From Propionibacterium ruminifibrarum (lineage in GTDB: Bacteria; Actinomycetota; Actinomycetes; Propionibacteriales; Propionibacteriaceae), in assembly GCF_900289195.1 (NCBI RefSeq), contig NZ_OMOH01000007.1:60001-92000 (forward strand): DNA of 32,000 bases. The letters run 5' to 3'. Positions 24,296 to 32,000 of this stretch are shown piece by piece; the first letter of the stretch is position 1, and the number at the start of each line of letters is the position of its first letter. The notes beneath the pieces are model-generated. The model saw nothing but the letters and a program-made list of their open reading frames with translations. It made no database searches and was not told the DNA's origin. The position numbers were made by a program, and so were the translations under genes.

Positions 24296-26533
24296 ATGGC
24301 CCTGAGTGACCCCGCGCTGAACCGTCTCGCCGAACTCTTCGGCATCGCCACTCAGTTCTGGGACTGGAAGGGCCGCCGCGTCGACGTGACCGACGAGACG
24401 GTCATCAAGGTGCTCGCCGCGCTCGGTGTCGACGCCTCCACGCCCAAGGCCGCGGACGAGGCCGTCCTGGCGCAACTCGACAAGCCGTGGCGCCGCGTGC
24501 TGCCACCGGTCGTCGTCACGCGCGCCGGGAGCGCCTCGACGATCAATGTGCACGTCGAGGACGGCCACCCGGCCCAGGTCAGGGTCCGCCTCGAGGACGG
24601 GGGCCTCCGCGATCTGCAGCAGGTCGACAACTGGGAACCGGCACGCCCCATCGACGGACGCATGATCGGCGAGGCCAGTTTCGCGCTGCCCGCGGACCTG
24701 CCGCTGGGCTATCACCGCATCCAGCTGTTCTCCGATGACCTGCAGGCCGAGACGACGCTCATCGTCTCACCCGCCTTCCTCGGCTTCCCTCGCGCCATGG
24801 GGGACCAGCGCATCTGGGGCTACGCCGCGCAGCTCTACTCGGTGCGTTCGGCCGACTCGTGGGGAACCGGGGACTTCTACGATCTCGGCGCCCTGGCCGG
24901 CTGGTCCGCCTCGCAGCAGTACGCGGGCTACGTCCTCATCAACCCGGTGCACGCCGCCGAGCCGGTCGAACCACTCGAATCGAGCCCGTACCTGCCGACG
25001 AGCAGGCTCTTCGTCAACCCGATGTACATCCGCCCCGAGGCCATCGCCGAATACGCCTTCCTCGAAGAGACCGACCGCGCCCGCGTCCAGAGCGCGAAGG
25101 CCGAGCTGGCCGGGCGGCTGGCCGGCTCCGAGCGCATCGAGCGGGACATCTGCTGGTCCCTCAAGCGGCGTGCCCTGCGCATCATCTGGGCGGCCGGGCG
25201 CGACGACCACCGGCAGATGATGTTCGAGGCGTACCGCCGCCGCGAGGGCCGCATGCTGCGCGACTACGCCACCTGGGCGGCGCTCACCCAGGAACTCGGC
25301 CGCGACTGGCGCCTGTGGCCGCCGCAGTACCAGCGGCCGACGTCGCCGGAGGTGGACGCCTTCCGCGTCGAACACGCCGACGAGATCGACTTCCAGTGCT
25401 GGCTGCAGTGGATCGCCTCGGTGCAGGCCGGCAGGGCCCAGCAGACGGCGCTCGACGCCGGCATGGCGGTGGGGGTCGTCACCGACCTGGCCGTGGGGGT
25501 CAGCGCGGCCGGGGCCGACACGTGGATGATGAACGACGTCTACGCCGAGAACATGACGGTGGGCGCACCGCCGGACGCCTACAACCAGCTGGGACAGGAC
25601 TGGGGCCAGCCGCCGTGGCGCCCCGACCGCCTCGAGGACCTCGCCTACGCCCCCTTCCGCACGATGGTGCGCAACGCCCTGCGTCACGCCGGCGGCATGC
25701 GCATGGACCACATCATCGGCATGTTCCGCCTGTGGTGGGTGCCGGCCGGCAGCGGCCCGCGCGAGGGCACCTATGTGCGCTACGACCACGAGGCGCTCAT
25801 CGGCATCATCGCCCTCGAGGCGTACCGCGCCCAGGCGATGGTCATCGGCGAGGACCTGGGCACGGTCGAGCCGTGGGTGCGCGAGTACCTCGCGAGCCGC
25901 GGCATCCTCGGCACATCCGTGCTGTGGTTCGAGGAGGAGGACGGCCACCCCAGGGCCATGGAGTCCTGGCGGGAGTACGCGATGGCCTCGGTCAACACCC
26001 ACGACCTGCCCCCGACGGCCGGCTACCTCGACAAGTCGCACGTGCGGCTGCGCCACGGGCTGGGTCTGCTCACCGAGTCGCTCGAGGAGGAGGAGCGCCT
26101 CGCGGACGAGGAGCAGGAACGCTGGATGGCCTACCTCCGCGCCGTCGGGGCCCTCGACGAGTCACCGGACGACGTCACCGAGGCCAGGGTGCTCGGCCTG
26201 TACCGCATGCTCACCCGCACCCCGAGCCGGGTGCTGTGCGCCACGCTCGTCGACGCGGTCGGCGAGAAACGCATCCAGAACCAGCCCGGCACGATCGACG
26301 AGTACCCGAACTGGCGGGTGCCGCTGGGCGGCCCGGACGGGCAACCGCTGCTGCTCGAGGACATCTACGCGATGGAGCGGCCGATGCGGCTGGCAGCCGT
26401 GCTCAACGGCTTCACCCAGGTGCCGGCGCCGTGGGAGCGCTCCGACGAGGTCGAGTCGCGGCCCGTCAGCCGGCGCGTTCCGCTGCGGGCCGCGCCGGGA
26501 CGCCACGGCCTGCCACGGACGTCACGGGCATGA
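24296..26533 (+). CDS. malQ: 4-alpha-glucanotransferase (amylomaltase, GH77) with the actinobacterial N-terminal extension
   Basis: 745 aa. The GH77 core is present ([67 protein letters not shown]). The last 40 or so aa are Arg/Pro-rich and overlap the menC start. Confidence 0.9.
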   Translation: MALSDPALNRLAELFGIATQFWDWKGRRVDVTDETVIKVLAALGVDASTPKAADEAVLAQLDKPWRRVLPPVVVTRAGSASTINVHVEDGHPAQVRVRLEDGGLRDLQQVDNWEPARPIDGRMIGEASFALPADLPLGYHRIQLFSDDLQAETTLIVSPAFLGFPRAMGDQRIWGYAAQLYSVRSADSWGTGDFYDLGALAGWSASQQYAGYVLINPVHAAEPVEPLESSPYLPTSRLFVNPMYIRPEAIAEYAFLEETDRARVQSAKAELAGRLAGSERIERDICWSLKRRALRIIWAAGRDDHRQMMFEAYRRREGRMLRDYATWAALTQELGRDWRLWPPQYQRPTSPEVDAFRVEHADEIDFQCWLQWIASVQAGRAQQTALDAGMAVGVVTDLAVGVSAAGADTWMMNDVYAENMTVGAPPDAYNQLGQDWGQPPWRPDRLEDLAYAPFRTMVRNALRHAGGMRMDHIIGMFRLWWVPAGSGPREGTYVRYDHEALIGIIALEAYRAQAMVIGEDLGTVEPWVREYLASRGILGTSVLWFEEEDGHPRAMESWREYAMASVNTHDLPPTAGYLDKSHVRLRHGLGLLTESLEEEERLADEEQERWMAYLRAVGALDESPDDVTEARVLGLYRMLTRTPSRVLCATLVDAVGEKRIQNQPGTIDEYPNWRVPLGGPDGQPLLLEDIYAMERPMRLAAVLNGFTQVPAPWERSDEVESRPVSRRVPLRAAPGRHGLPRTSRA

Positions 26534-27549
26534 ACGCCGGGAGCGGACGGTTGGAGCTGGGGAGGCTGCGCGTCCCCGGCCGGTTGGCGCGCGCCGGCAT
26601 CGACGAGGTCCTCGTCTTCCGGGTGCCGCTGCGGCACCGCTTCCGCCGCATCGACGTGCGCGACGGCCTGCTGCTGCACGGCCCGCACGGCTGGGGGGAG
26701 TGCTCGCCCTTCTGGGACTACGACGTCACCGAGTCCGCGGCCTGGCTGCACGCCGGACTCGAGGCCGCCACCGCGCCGCTGCCGGCGCCGCTGCGCGACG
26801 AGATCCCGGTGAACGTGACGATCCCCGTCGTCGGCCCGCCCGAGGCGGCCGGGCTCGTCGCCGCCTCCGGCGGCTGCACGACGGCCAAGGTGAAGGTCGC
26901 CGATCCGCGCAGCACCCTGGCCGAGGACTGCGCCCGCGTCGAGGCCGTCCGCCAGGCGCTGGGCCCCGAAGGCCGGATCCGGGTGGACGCCAACGCCGCC
27001 TGGACCGTCGACGAGGCGGTGGCCGCCCTCACCGAACTCGACGCCGCCGCGGGCGGCCTCGAGTACGCCGAGCAGCCCTGTCCCACGGTGCCGGAACTCG
27101 CCCGGGTGCGGGCCCGGGTCGACGTGCCGATCGCCGCCGACGAGTCAGTGCGCCGCGCCGAGGACCCGCTCGCCGTCGCCCGCGCCGGCGCTGCCGACGT
27201 CATCGTCGTCAAGGTGCAGCCGCTCGGCGGCGTGCTGCGCGCCCTCGACGTGGTCGAGCAGGCCGGGCTGGACGCCGTGGTCTCCTCGGCCCTGGACACC
27301 TCCATCGGCATCTCGGTGGCGGCCACTCTCGCCGGCTGCCTGCCGGAACTGAACCACGCCTGCGGCCTGGCGACCGTCGAACTGTTCGACGGCGACGTCA
27401 CCGACCACCCGGTCCTGCCCGCCGGCGGGGTGATCCCGGTCACCAGGGCCACGGTCGAGACGCCGGTCGGCGACGCCGCCGCCCCGCCGGGGCGGCTCGC
27501 CGAGCGGTGGGCCGAGCGTCTCGACGCGCTGTGCGGGGAACTGCGGTGA
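26530..27549 (+). CDS. menC: o-succinylbenzoate synthase (enolase superfamily)
   Basis: Only the 3' third of the 896-aa track ORF is credible. The pattern is [60 protein letters not shown] and VVKVQPLGG. The ATG at 26530 overlaps the malQ stop (ATGA). A downstream TTG near 26584 is an alternative start. Confidence 0.8.
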   Translation: MNAGSGRLELGRLRVPGRLARAGIDEVLVFRVPLRHRFRRIDVRDGLLLHGPHGWGECSPFWDYDVTESAAWLHAGLEAATAPLPAPLRDEIPVNVTIPVVGPPEAAGLVAASGGCTTAKVKVADPRSTLAEDCARVEAVRQALGPEGRIRVDANAAWTVDEAVAALTELDAAAGGLEYAEQPCPTVPELARVRARVDVPIAADESVRRAEDPLAVARAGAADVIVVKVQPLGGVLRALDVVEQAGLDAVVSSALDTSIGISVAATLAGCLPELNHACGLATVELFDGDVTDHPVLPAGGVIPVTRATVETPVGDAAAPPGRLAERWAERLDALCGELR

Positions 27550-29141
27550 CCCCGGACGCGACCGCCGAGAACGAGTCCACCCGGCTCGCCCGGCGCATGG
27601 TCACGGCGCTGGCCGCCGGCGGCGTCCGGCACGTCGTCTACTGCCCGGGCTCACGCGACGCCCCCTTCGCCTACGCGCTCGACGCCGCCGAGCGGGCCGG
27701 ATGGCTGCGGGTGCGCGTCCACCTCGACGAGCGCGACGCCGCCTTCGTCGCGCTGGGCATCGCCAAGGCGGCCAGGCTGGCCGGACGCACCGAACCCGTC
27801 GCCGTGGTCACCACCTCGGGCACGGCGGCGACCAATCTGCACCCGGCCGTCGCCGAGGCCGACGCCTCCGGCACGCCCCTCGTCGCCGTCACCGCGGACC
27901 GCCCCCATGAGATGTGGGGCACCGGCGCCAACCAGGTGACGAGACAGAGCGGCCTCTTCGGCGCCATGGCCCGCGCCGCCATCGACATCCCCGCCGGCTT
28001 CCCGGCCGACGAGCGCCTCGACGCGGCGGTCGGCCGGACCCTCGCGCCGGCCCTCGGCGCGCTGACCGGCGACCCCGGGCCGGTGCAGTTCAACGTGGGG
28101 CTGCGCGAACCCCTGGTGCCCGCCTCGGGCTGGGCCCCGACCGGGCGTCCTCCCGCCGGCGCGAGCCGCCCGCCCGCCCCGCCGCAGCGCCCGGCAGGCG
28201 TCCTCGACCTGCCCGAACGCACCCTCGTCGTCGCGGGCGACACGGCAGGCCCGCGGGCCGAGACGCTCGCCCGGGCCGGCGGGTGGCCCCTGCTGGCCGA
28301 GCCCTCCTCCGGCGCCCGCTTCGGCCCGCACGCCGTGTGCGACTACCAGCGGCTGCTGGACGACGGGCTCGCCGACCCGGCCGAGGCCGTCCTCGTGCTG
28401 GGCCACCCCACCCTGTCCCGTCCCGTCTCCAGGCTGCTGGCCCGCCGGGACCTGCGGGTCGTCGTCGCCGCCGACGGCTCACGCTGGACCGATGTCGCAG
28501 GCCTAGCCGAGGTGGTGGCGGGGCCGGTCGAGGTGAACCACCGGCCGGCCGGCGGCTGGCTGCGCACCTGGCTCGACGCCGACGCCGCGCGTCCCGCAGG
28601 AAGACCCAAGGACGAGGCGGCCGCCATGATCTGGGTCGCCCACTGCGCGCCGGACGCCCCCGCCTTGGTGATCGGGGCCTCCGACGTCATTCGCGCCTTC
28701 GACCGCAACGCCGCCCCCGCCGGACGCGGCCCACGTGTCGTCTCGAACAGGGGACTGGCCGGGATCGACGGCACCGTCGCCACCGCCGTCGGTCTCGGCC
28801 TGGGCCTGGGCCGCCCGGTCCGCGCCGTCGTCGGTGACCTCACCGCGGCCCACGACGGGCTCGGCCTGCTCCACGGCACCCTCGAGACCCAACCCGACGT
28901 GCAGGTCGTCGTGCTCAACGACGGCGGCGGGACCATCTTCACCCGGCTCGAGCACGCCGACGCGGCCCCGCCCGGCCTGTTCGCCCGCTACTTCACCACC
29001 CGCCAGGGCGTCGACTTCGCCGCCCTGGCCGCGGCGACCGGTGCCGCCCACCACGCGGTCGACGACACGGCCGGGCTCGGTGCGCTGCTCGCCGAACCCG
29101 TCCGGGGCTGCTCACTCGTCGAGGTCCGGCTGGGACCGTAA
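27546..29141 (+). CDS. menD: 2-succinyl-5-enolpyruvyl-6-hydroxy-3-cyclohexene-1-carboxylate (SEPHCHC) synthase
   Basis: The GTG at 27546 overlaps the menC stop (GTGA). ThDP-enzyme N-domain motifs are present ([38 protein letters not shown]). The C-terminus has GDL...NDGGGTIF. The upstream 590 codons of the track ORF are rejected. Confidence 0.85.
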   Translation: MTPDATAENESTRLARRMVTALAAGGVRHVVYCPGSRDAPFAYALDAAERAGWLRVRVHLDERDAAFVALGIAKAARLAGRTEPVAVVTTSGTAATNLHPAVAEADASGTPLVAVTADRPHEMWGTGANQVTRQSGLFGAMARAAIDIPAGFPADERLDAAVGRTLAPALGALTGDPGPVQFNVGLREPLVPASGWAPTGRPPAGASRPPAPPQRPAGVLDLPERTLVVAGDTAGPRAETLARAGGWPLLAEPSSGARFGPHAVCDYQRLLDDGLADPAEAVLVLGHPTLSRPVSRLLARRDLRVVVAADGSRWTDVAGLAEVVAGPVEVNHRPAGGWLRTWLDADAARPAGRPKDEAAAMIWVAHCAPDAPALVIGASDVIRAFDRNAAPAGRGPRVVSNRGLAGIDGTVATAVGLGLGLGRPVRAVVGDLTAAHDGLGLLHGTLETQPDVQVVVLNDGGGTIFTRLEHADAAPPGLFARYFTTRQGVDFAALAAATGAAHHAVDDTAGLGALLAEPVRGCSLVEVRLGP

Positions 29142-29146
29142 GGATC

Positions 29147-30382
29147 TCAGCCCCGGGCCAAGCCCTGGCGCATCGGCGTCATCTTGGAACCCGTCTCGTC
29201 CCACTCCAGCTCGGCGCGGGAGTCGGGCAGGATGCCCGCCCCGGCGAAGAGCCGCGCCCTGCGCGAGCCCGGCTCGAACTGGGCGCAGCGCAGCGCCAGA
29301 CCCCACTGGCCCGAGCCGTCGGCGCCCATCCAGCCCACCGGGCCCGAGAAGCGTCCCCGGTCGAGCCGTTCGACGGCCTTGATCTGGGCGAAGGCCTCGG
29401 CCCTCGGCGTGCCGCAGATCGCCGCGGTGGGGTAGAGGACGTCCGCCACGTCGGCCGCGCTGCGCCCCGGCGCCACGCGCGCCGTGATGTCGGTCGCCAG
29501 GTGCGTCACATTGGGCAGTTCGAGCAGGTAGGGGCCGTGCAGCAGCGGGGCGCTGAGCCCGGCCTGCTCCAGGTGGGCCGTGACGGAGGCGACGGCCAGC
29601 GCGTGCTCGTGCTGCTCCTTCGGGTCGGTGAGCAGCTCCTGCACCCATCCGGGCTTGCGGGTGCCGGCCAGGATCCGGCAGCGGAAGACGCCGTCGTGCA
29701 CGTCGACGAGCAGCTCGGGTGTCGCCCCCACCAGGCCGTCGTCCGCGTAGATCCAGCAGTCGGGGAAGCGCGTGCCGAGCCAGTCGAGCACGCCCACCTG
29801 GCTGAGCGGACGGTCGGCGGCGGCGTCGACGCTGCGGGCCAGGACGACCTTCTCCTCGACCCGGTCGGGGTCGGCGAGGACGGCGCGACTCGCGTCGATG
29901 GCCCGCGCCCATGCCTGCTCGGCGCCGGGCGCGGTGGTGAACTCGAGGCGGGGCGCGTCGCGGTGCACGTGGTCGCGGGGCCGCGGCTCCGGCTCGCCGG
30001 CGGGTGCGATGAGCCAGGTCGGCTCGCCGGCGGCGGCGCGGACGAGGGTGAACCGCGGGACGACGAGGAAACCGCTCTGGGCCGGGTCGAACGGGAACGA
30101 GCCGAAGGCGAGGGGGCCCGCCCGGTGCCCGGCGGCCCAGTCTCGGAAGCGCCGCCATGCGGAGGCGACGGGCCCGGGGCCGACGGCCTCGAACCGGGCG
30201 AGCTCGCCCCAGCCGACCAGGGCCGGCCCGCCGTCCGGGGCGACCCACACCCAGGGGCGTTCCACGTCGGCGGGTACGAGGCTCAGCGCGGCGCTCAGCC
30301 ACTGCGCGCTGCCGAGCCCGCGCCGGTCGTCGAGGGCGGCGGCACGACGGCGCGTCAGCGCGCTGACATCGGCCACCTCCAT
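29147..30382 (-). CDS. menF: isochorismate synthase
   Basis: Chorismate-binding C-terminal motifs are present (ATPELLV, LAGT, EH..V, LHPT-like YPTAAICGTP, DRG.FSGPVGW, LRCA, AGAGI...S.P..EW.ET). The start is placed at the ATG at 30382. The track ORF starts at the TTG at 30523, so the start is uncertain. Confidence 0.8.
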   Translation of the reverse strand: MEVADVSALTRRRAAALDDRRGLGSAQWLSAALSLVPADVERPWVWVAPDGGPALVGWGELARFEAVGPGPVASAWRRFRDWAAGHRAGPLAFGSFPFDPAQSGFLVVPRFTLVRAAAGEPTWLIAPAGEPEPRPRDHVHRDAPRLEFTTAPGAEQAWARAIDASRAVLADPDRVEEKVVLARSVDAAADRPLSQVGVLDWLGTRFPDCWIYADDGLVGATPELLVDVHDGVFRCRILAGTRKPGWVQELLTDPKEQHEHALAVASVTAHLEQAGLSAPLLHGPYLLELPNVTHLATDITARVAPGRSAADVADVLYPTAAICGTPRAEAFAQIKAVERLDRGRFSGPVGWMGADGSGQWGLALRCAQFEPGSRRARLFAGAGILPDSRAELEWDETGSKMTPMRQGLARG

Positions 30383-30571
30383 CACATCCGCCGAGTCTAG
30401 TGGAGCGGCCCGAACCACCCGCCCCGCGGTCCCAGCGGCCCTCGGCGGCGGGGGGCGTCGGAGTCCGCCGTGCCCGGCGTTCCACGGGTCACGGCCGATT
30501 CCCCCGGCGGGCCCGGCCCTCAACAGGGGTGGGATCGGGCGGGTTCGCCGGCCGGCGCGACGACCCGGGGC

Positions 30572-31804
30572 TCAGCCGTGTTCCCATGCCTCCCCGTCGG
30601 CCCGGGCCCGTGCCAGCAGCGCCCTGACCGCCGCCCGGTCGGGTTTGCCCGAGGCCAGGGCGGGCAGCTCGTCCAGGCGCAGGACGACCCGCGGCGCCCG
30701 CTCGCGTCCGACGGCCCGTCCGGTCGCCTCGCGCAGCCGCCTCGCGTCGAGGCCTGCGGGTGCGGCGACGGCGGCGGCGACGACCTGGCCCCAGCGGGCG
30801 TCCTCCAGCCCGACGACGACGCAGTCGCTCACCAGGCCGGTGCCCAGCACCGCCTCGGCGACGTCGGGGGCGCTGATCTTGAGGCCGCCGCTGACGATGA
30901 CGTCATCGGTGCGCCCGCGGATCGACAGGACGCCGTCGGTCGTCGCGCCGAGGTCGTTCGTGGCCAGCCACCGCTCACCGTCGATCAGCCGCACGCCCGG
31001 GGCGCCGTCGAGGTAGTCGCTCATCACCATCGGCCCGCCCAGCCAGACCCGCCCCGCCTCGCCGTCCCCGGGGCGGTCCCGGTCATCCGGGGCGCTGAAC
31101 GCCACGTGGACCCCGGCCAGCGGGCGCCCGTCGTAGACGCAGCCGCCGCAGGTCTCGCTCATGCCGTAGGTCAGGCGCAGCGCGAGCCCGGCGGCCCGGG
31201 CGGCCGCCACGAGCGGGGCCGGGGTGGCGGCGCCGCCGACCAGGACGGCCGTCGCCTCGGCCAGGGCCCTCGTCGCCTCGGCGTCGGCCAGCGCATCGGA
31301 CAGCTGGGTCGGCACCAGCGAGACGTAGGCGCGCCCGTCCGGGTCCCGCCGGGCGGCCCGCCGCACGGCCTCGCCGACGAGCCGGGGCGTGGCCCGCCCC
31401 TCGACGACGAGGGGCGGGCGGCCCGCCACGAGCGAGCGCGCGACCACCTGCAGGCCGGCGATGTGGTGCGGCGGCAGCGCGAGCACCCAGCTGCCCGCAC
31501 CGCCGAGCCTGGCATGGGTGGCCTCGGCCGAGGCCCGCAGCTGCGCCCCCGACAGGCCGACGAGCCGCCCCCGTCCGGTCGTCGACCCGGAGGTGCGCAC
31601 CACCAGACGCGCCCCGGGCGGCCTGCGCACGATGCGCGAGGCGGCGTCCCCGGCCAGGGCGCCGGCGTCCTCGTGCGGCCCGGCGGGCATGAGCAGCGGC
31701 CCGTCACCGCCGGCCAGGACCGGTTCCAGGGCGCGCGCCAGCGCCCCGGCCGACGTATCGGTGCGGTCGGCGACGAGGACGTCGGGCGCGGGGGAGCCGG
31801 TCAT
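30572..31804 (-). CDS. menE: o-succinylbenzoate-CoA ligase (short actinobacterial AMP-binding enzyme)
   Basis: 410 aa. It has the adenylation motif VRTSGSTTGRGRLVGLS, then TYGMSET, and a C-terminal ...LPALASGKPDR. It lies between menB and menF. Confidence 0.8.
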   Translation of the reverse strand: MTGSPAPDVLVADRTDTSAGALARALEPVLAGGDGPLLMPAGPHEDAGALAGDAASRIVRRPPGARLVVRTSGSTTGRGRLVGLSGAQLRASAEATHARLGGAGSWVLALPPHHIAGLQVVARSLVAGRPPLVVEGRATPRLVGEAVRRAARRDPDGRAYVSLVPTQLSDALADAEATRALAEATAVLVGGAATPAPLVAAARAAGLALRLTYGMSETCGGCVYDGRPLAGVHVAFSAPDDRDRPGDGEAGRVWLGGPMVMSDYLDGAPGVRLIDGERWLATNDLGATTDGVLSIRGRTDDVIVSGGLKISAPDVAEAVLGTGLVSDCVVVGLEDARWGQVVAAAVAAPAGLDARRLREATGRAVGRERAPRVVLRLDELPALASGKPDRAAVRALLARARADGEAWEHG

Positions 31805-32000
31805 CAGAAGTAGTACGGGTACCGCGACCAGTCCGGCGCGCGGTGCTGCAGGAAGGCGTCGCGGCCCTCCTGGGCCTCCTCGGTCATGTAGGCCAGCCGG
31901 GTGGCCTCGCCGGCGAAGGCCTGCTGGCCCGCGATGCCGTCGTCGATCATGTTGAACGCGTACTTGAGCATGCGGATCGACTGCGGCGACTTCGTGGCGA
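31804..32000 (-). CDS. menB: 1,4-dihydroxy-2-naphthoyl-CoA synthase, C-terminal fragment; the 5' end lies outside the window
   Basis: It is not in the ORF track because no start codon falls inside the window. My minus-strand translation is ...ATKSPQSIRMLKYAFNMIDDGIAGQQAFAGEATRLAYMTEEAQEGRDAFLQHRAPDWSRYPYYF*, which matches the MenB C-terminus. The stop TGA (31804-31806) overlaps the menE ATG by 1 nt. Confidence 0.85.
   Translation of the reverse strand, partial: ATKSPQSIRMLKYAFNMIDDGIAGQQAFAGEATRLAYMTEEAQEGRDAFLQHRAPDWSRYPYYF

Noticed and set aside
24859-26529. N-terminal 557 codons of the 896-aa ORF, and the related 25773-27545 part of the 1122-aa ORF
   Set aside because: These are alternative frames across malQ and menC with Arg/Pro/Gly-rich nonsense translation. 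The credible menC and menD domains begin only at 26530 and 27546, where coupled start/stop overlaps occur.
29112-30485. 457-aa minus ORF, plus the 29501-30400 and 29772-31016 plus-strand ORFs over menF
   Set aside because: These frames overlap the isochorismate synthase gene and give extreme Arg/Pro/Gly compositions. Only the menF frame carries chorismate-binding motifs.
1-32000. Search for mobile elements, integrases, tRNA/rRNA genes, CRISPR arrays, toxin-antitoxin pairs or defence-system genes
   Set aside because: I recognised no transposase, recombinase or nuclease-type ORFs. I saw no cloverleaf-like or rRNA-like segments. I found no direct-repeat arrays, and no terminal inverted repeats flanking the accessory locus. 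This check was by eye only. A composition or tRNA scan could still reveal something subtle.

Overview
This is a densely coding, high-GC chromosomal segment of actinobacterial type. It carries the actinobacteria-restricted families DUF3499, DUF3039 and DUF3152. Many adjacent genes have ATGA/GTGA start-stop overlaps, and GC-rich hairpins without U-tails sit at the ends of operons. I support 30 CDS and see no rRNA, tRNA, CRISPR array, transposase or integrase.

Gene order:
- 1-2057: ilvB' (3' end), ilvN, ilvC.
- 2154-12809: an accessory-looking sugar-acid/lactone locus. It contains a SorC-family regulator, an orphan zinc-ribbon protein and an enoate-reductase-type flavoenzyme. A 664-bp mosaic control region follows, then a six-gene operon: phosphotriesterase-family lactonase, UlaD-like decarboxylase, UlaE-like 3-epimerase, AraD/UlaF-like 4-epimerase, PfkB kinase and MFS permease.
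- 12955-16102: NfeD, flotillin and a DUF3152 HExxH protein.
- 16311-17495: an orphan protein and pncA.
- 17604-20213: the conserved actinobacterial DUF3499 / phosphomannomutase-slot / Trm112 / SIS-like block.
- 20321-24199: a CDF transporter, DUF3039, a second MFS transporter and a DUF2510-RDD membrane protein.
- 24296-32000: malQ, then menaquinone genes menC-menD converging on menF-menE-menB'.

The most interesting candidate is the Ula-like operon. It has no PTS and no UlaG. A PTE-family lactonase, a PfkB kinase and an MFS permease stand in their place. Its decarboxylase has lost the DxKxxD signature of its superfamily.

All functional calls come from reading the translated ORFs against remembered family signatures. 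No searches were run. Many very long ORFs in the track are high-GC shadow frames and are rejected.
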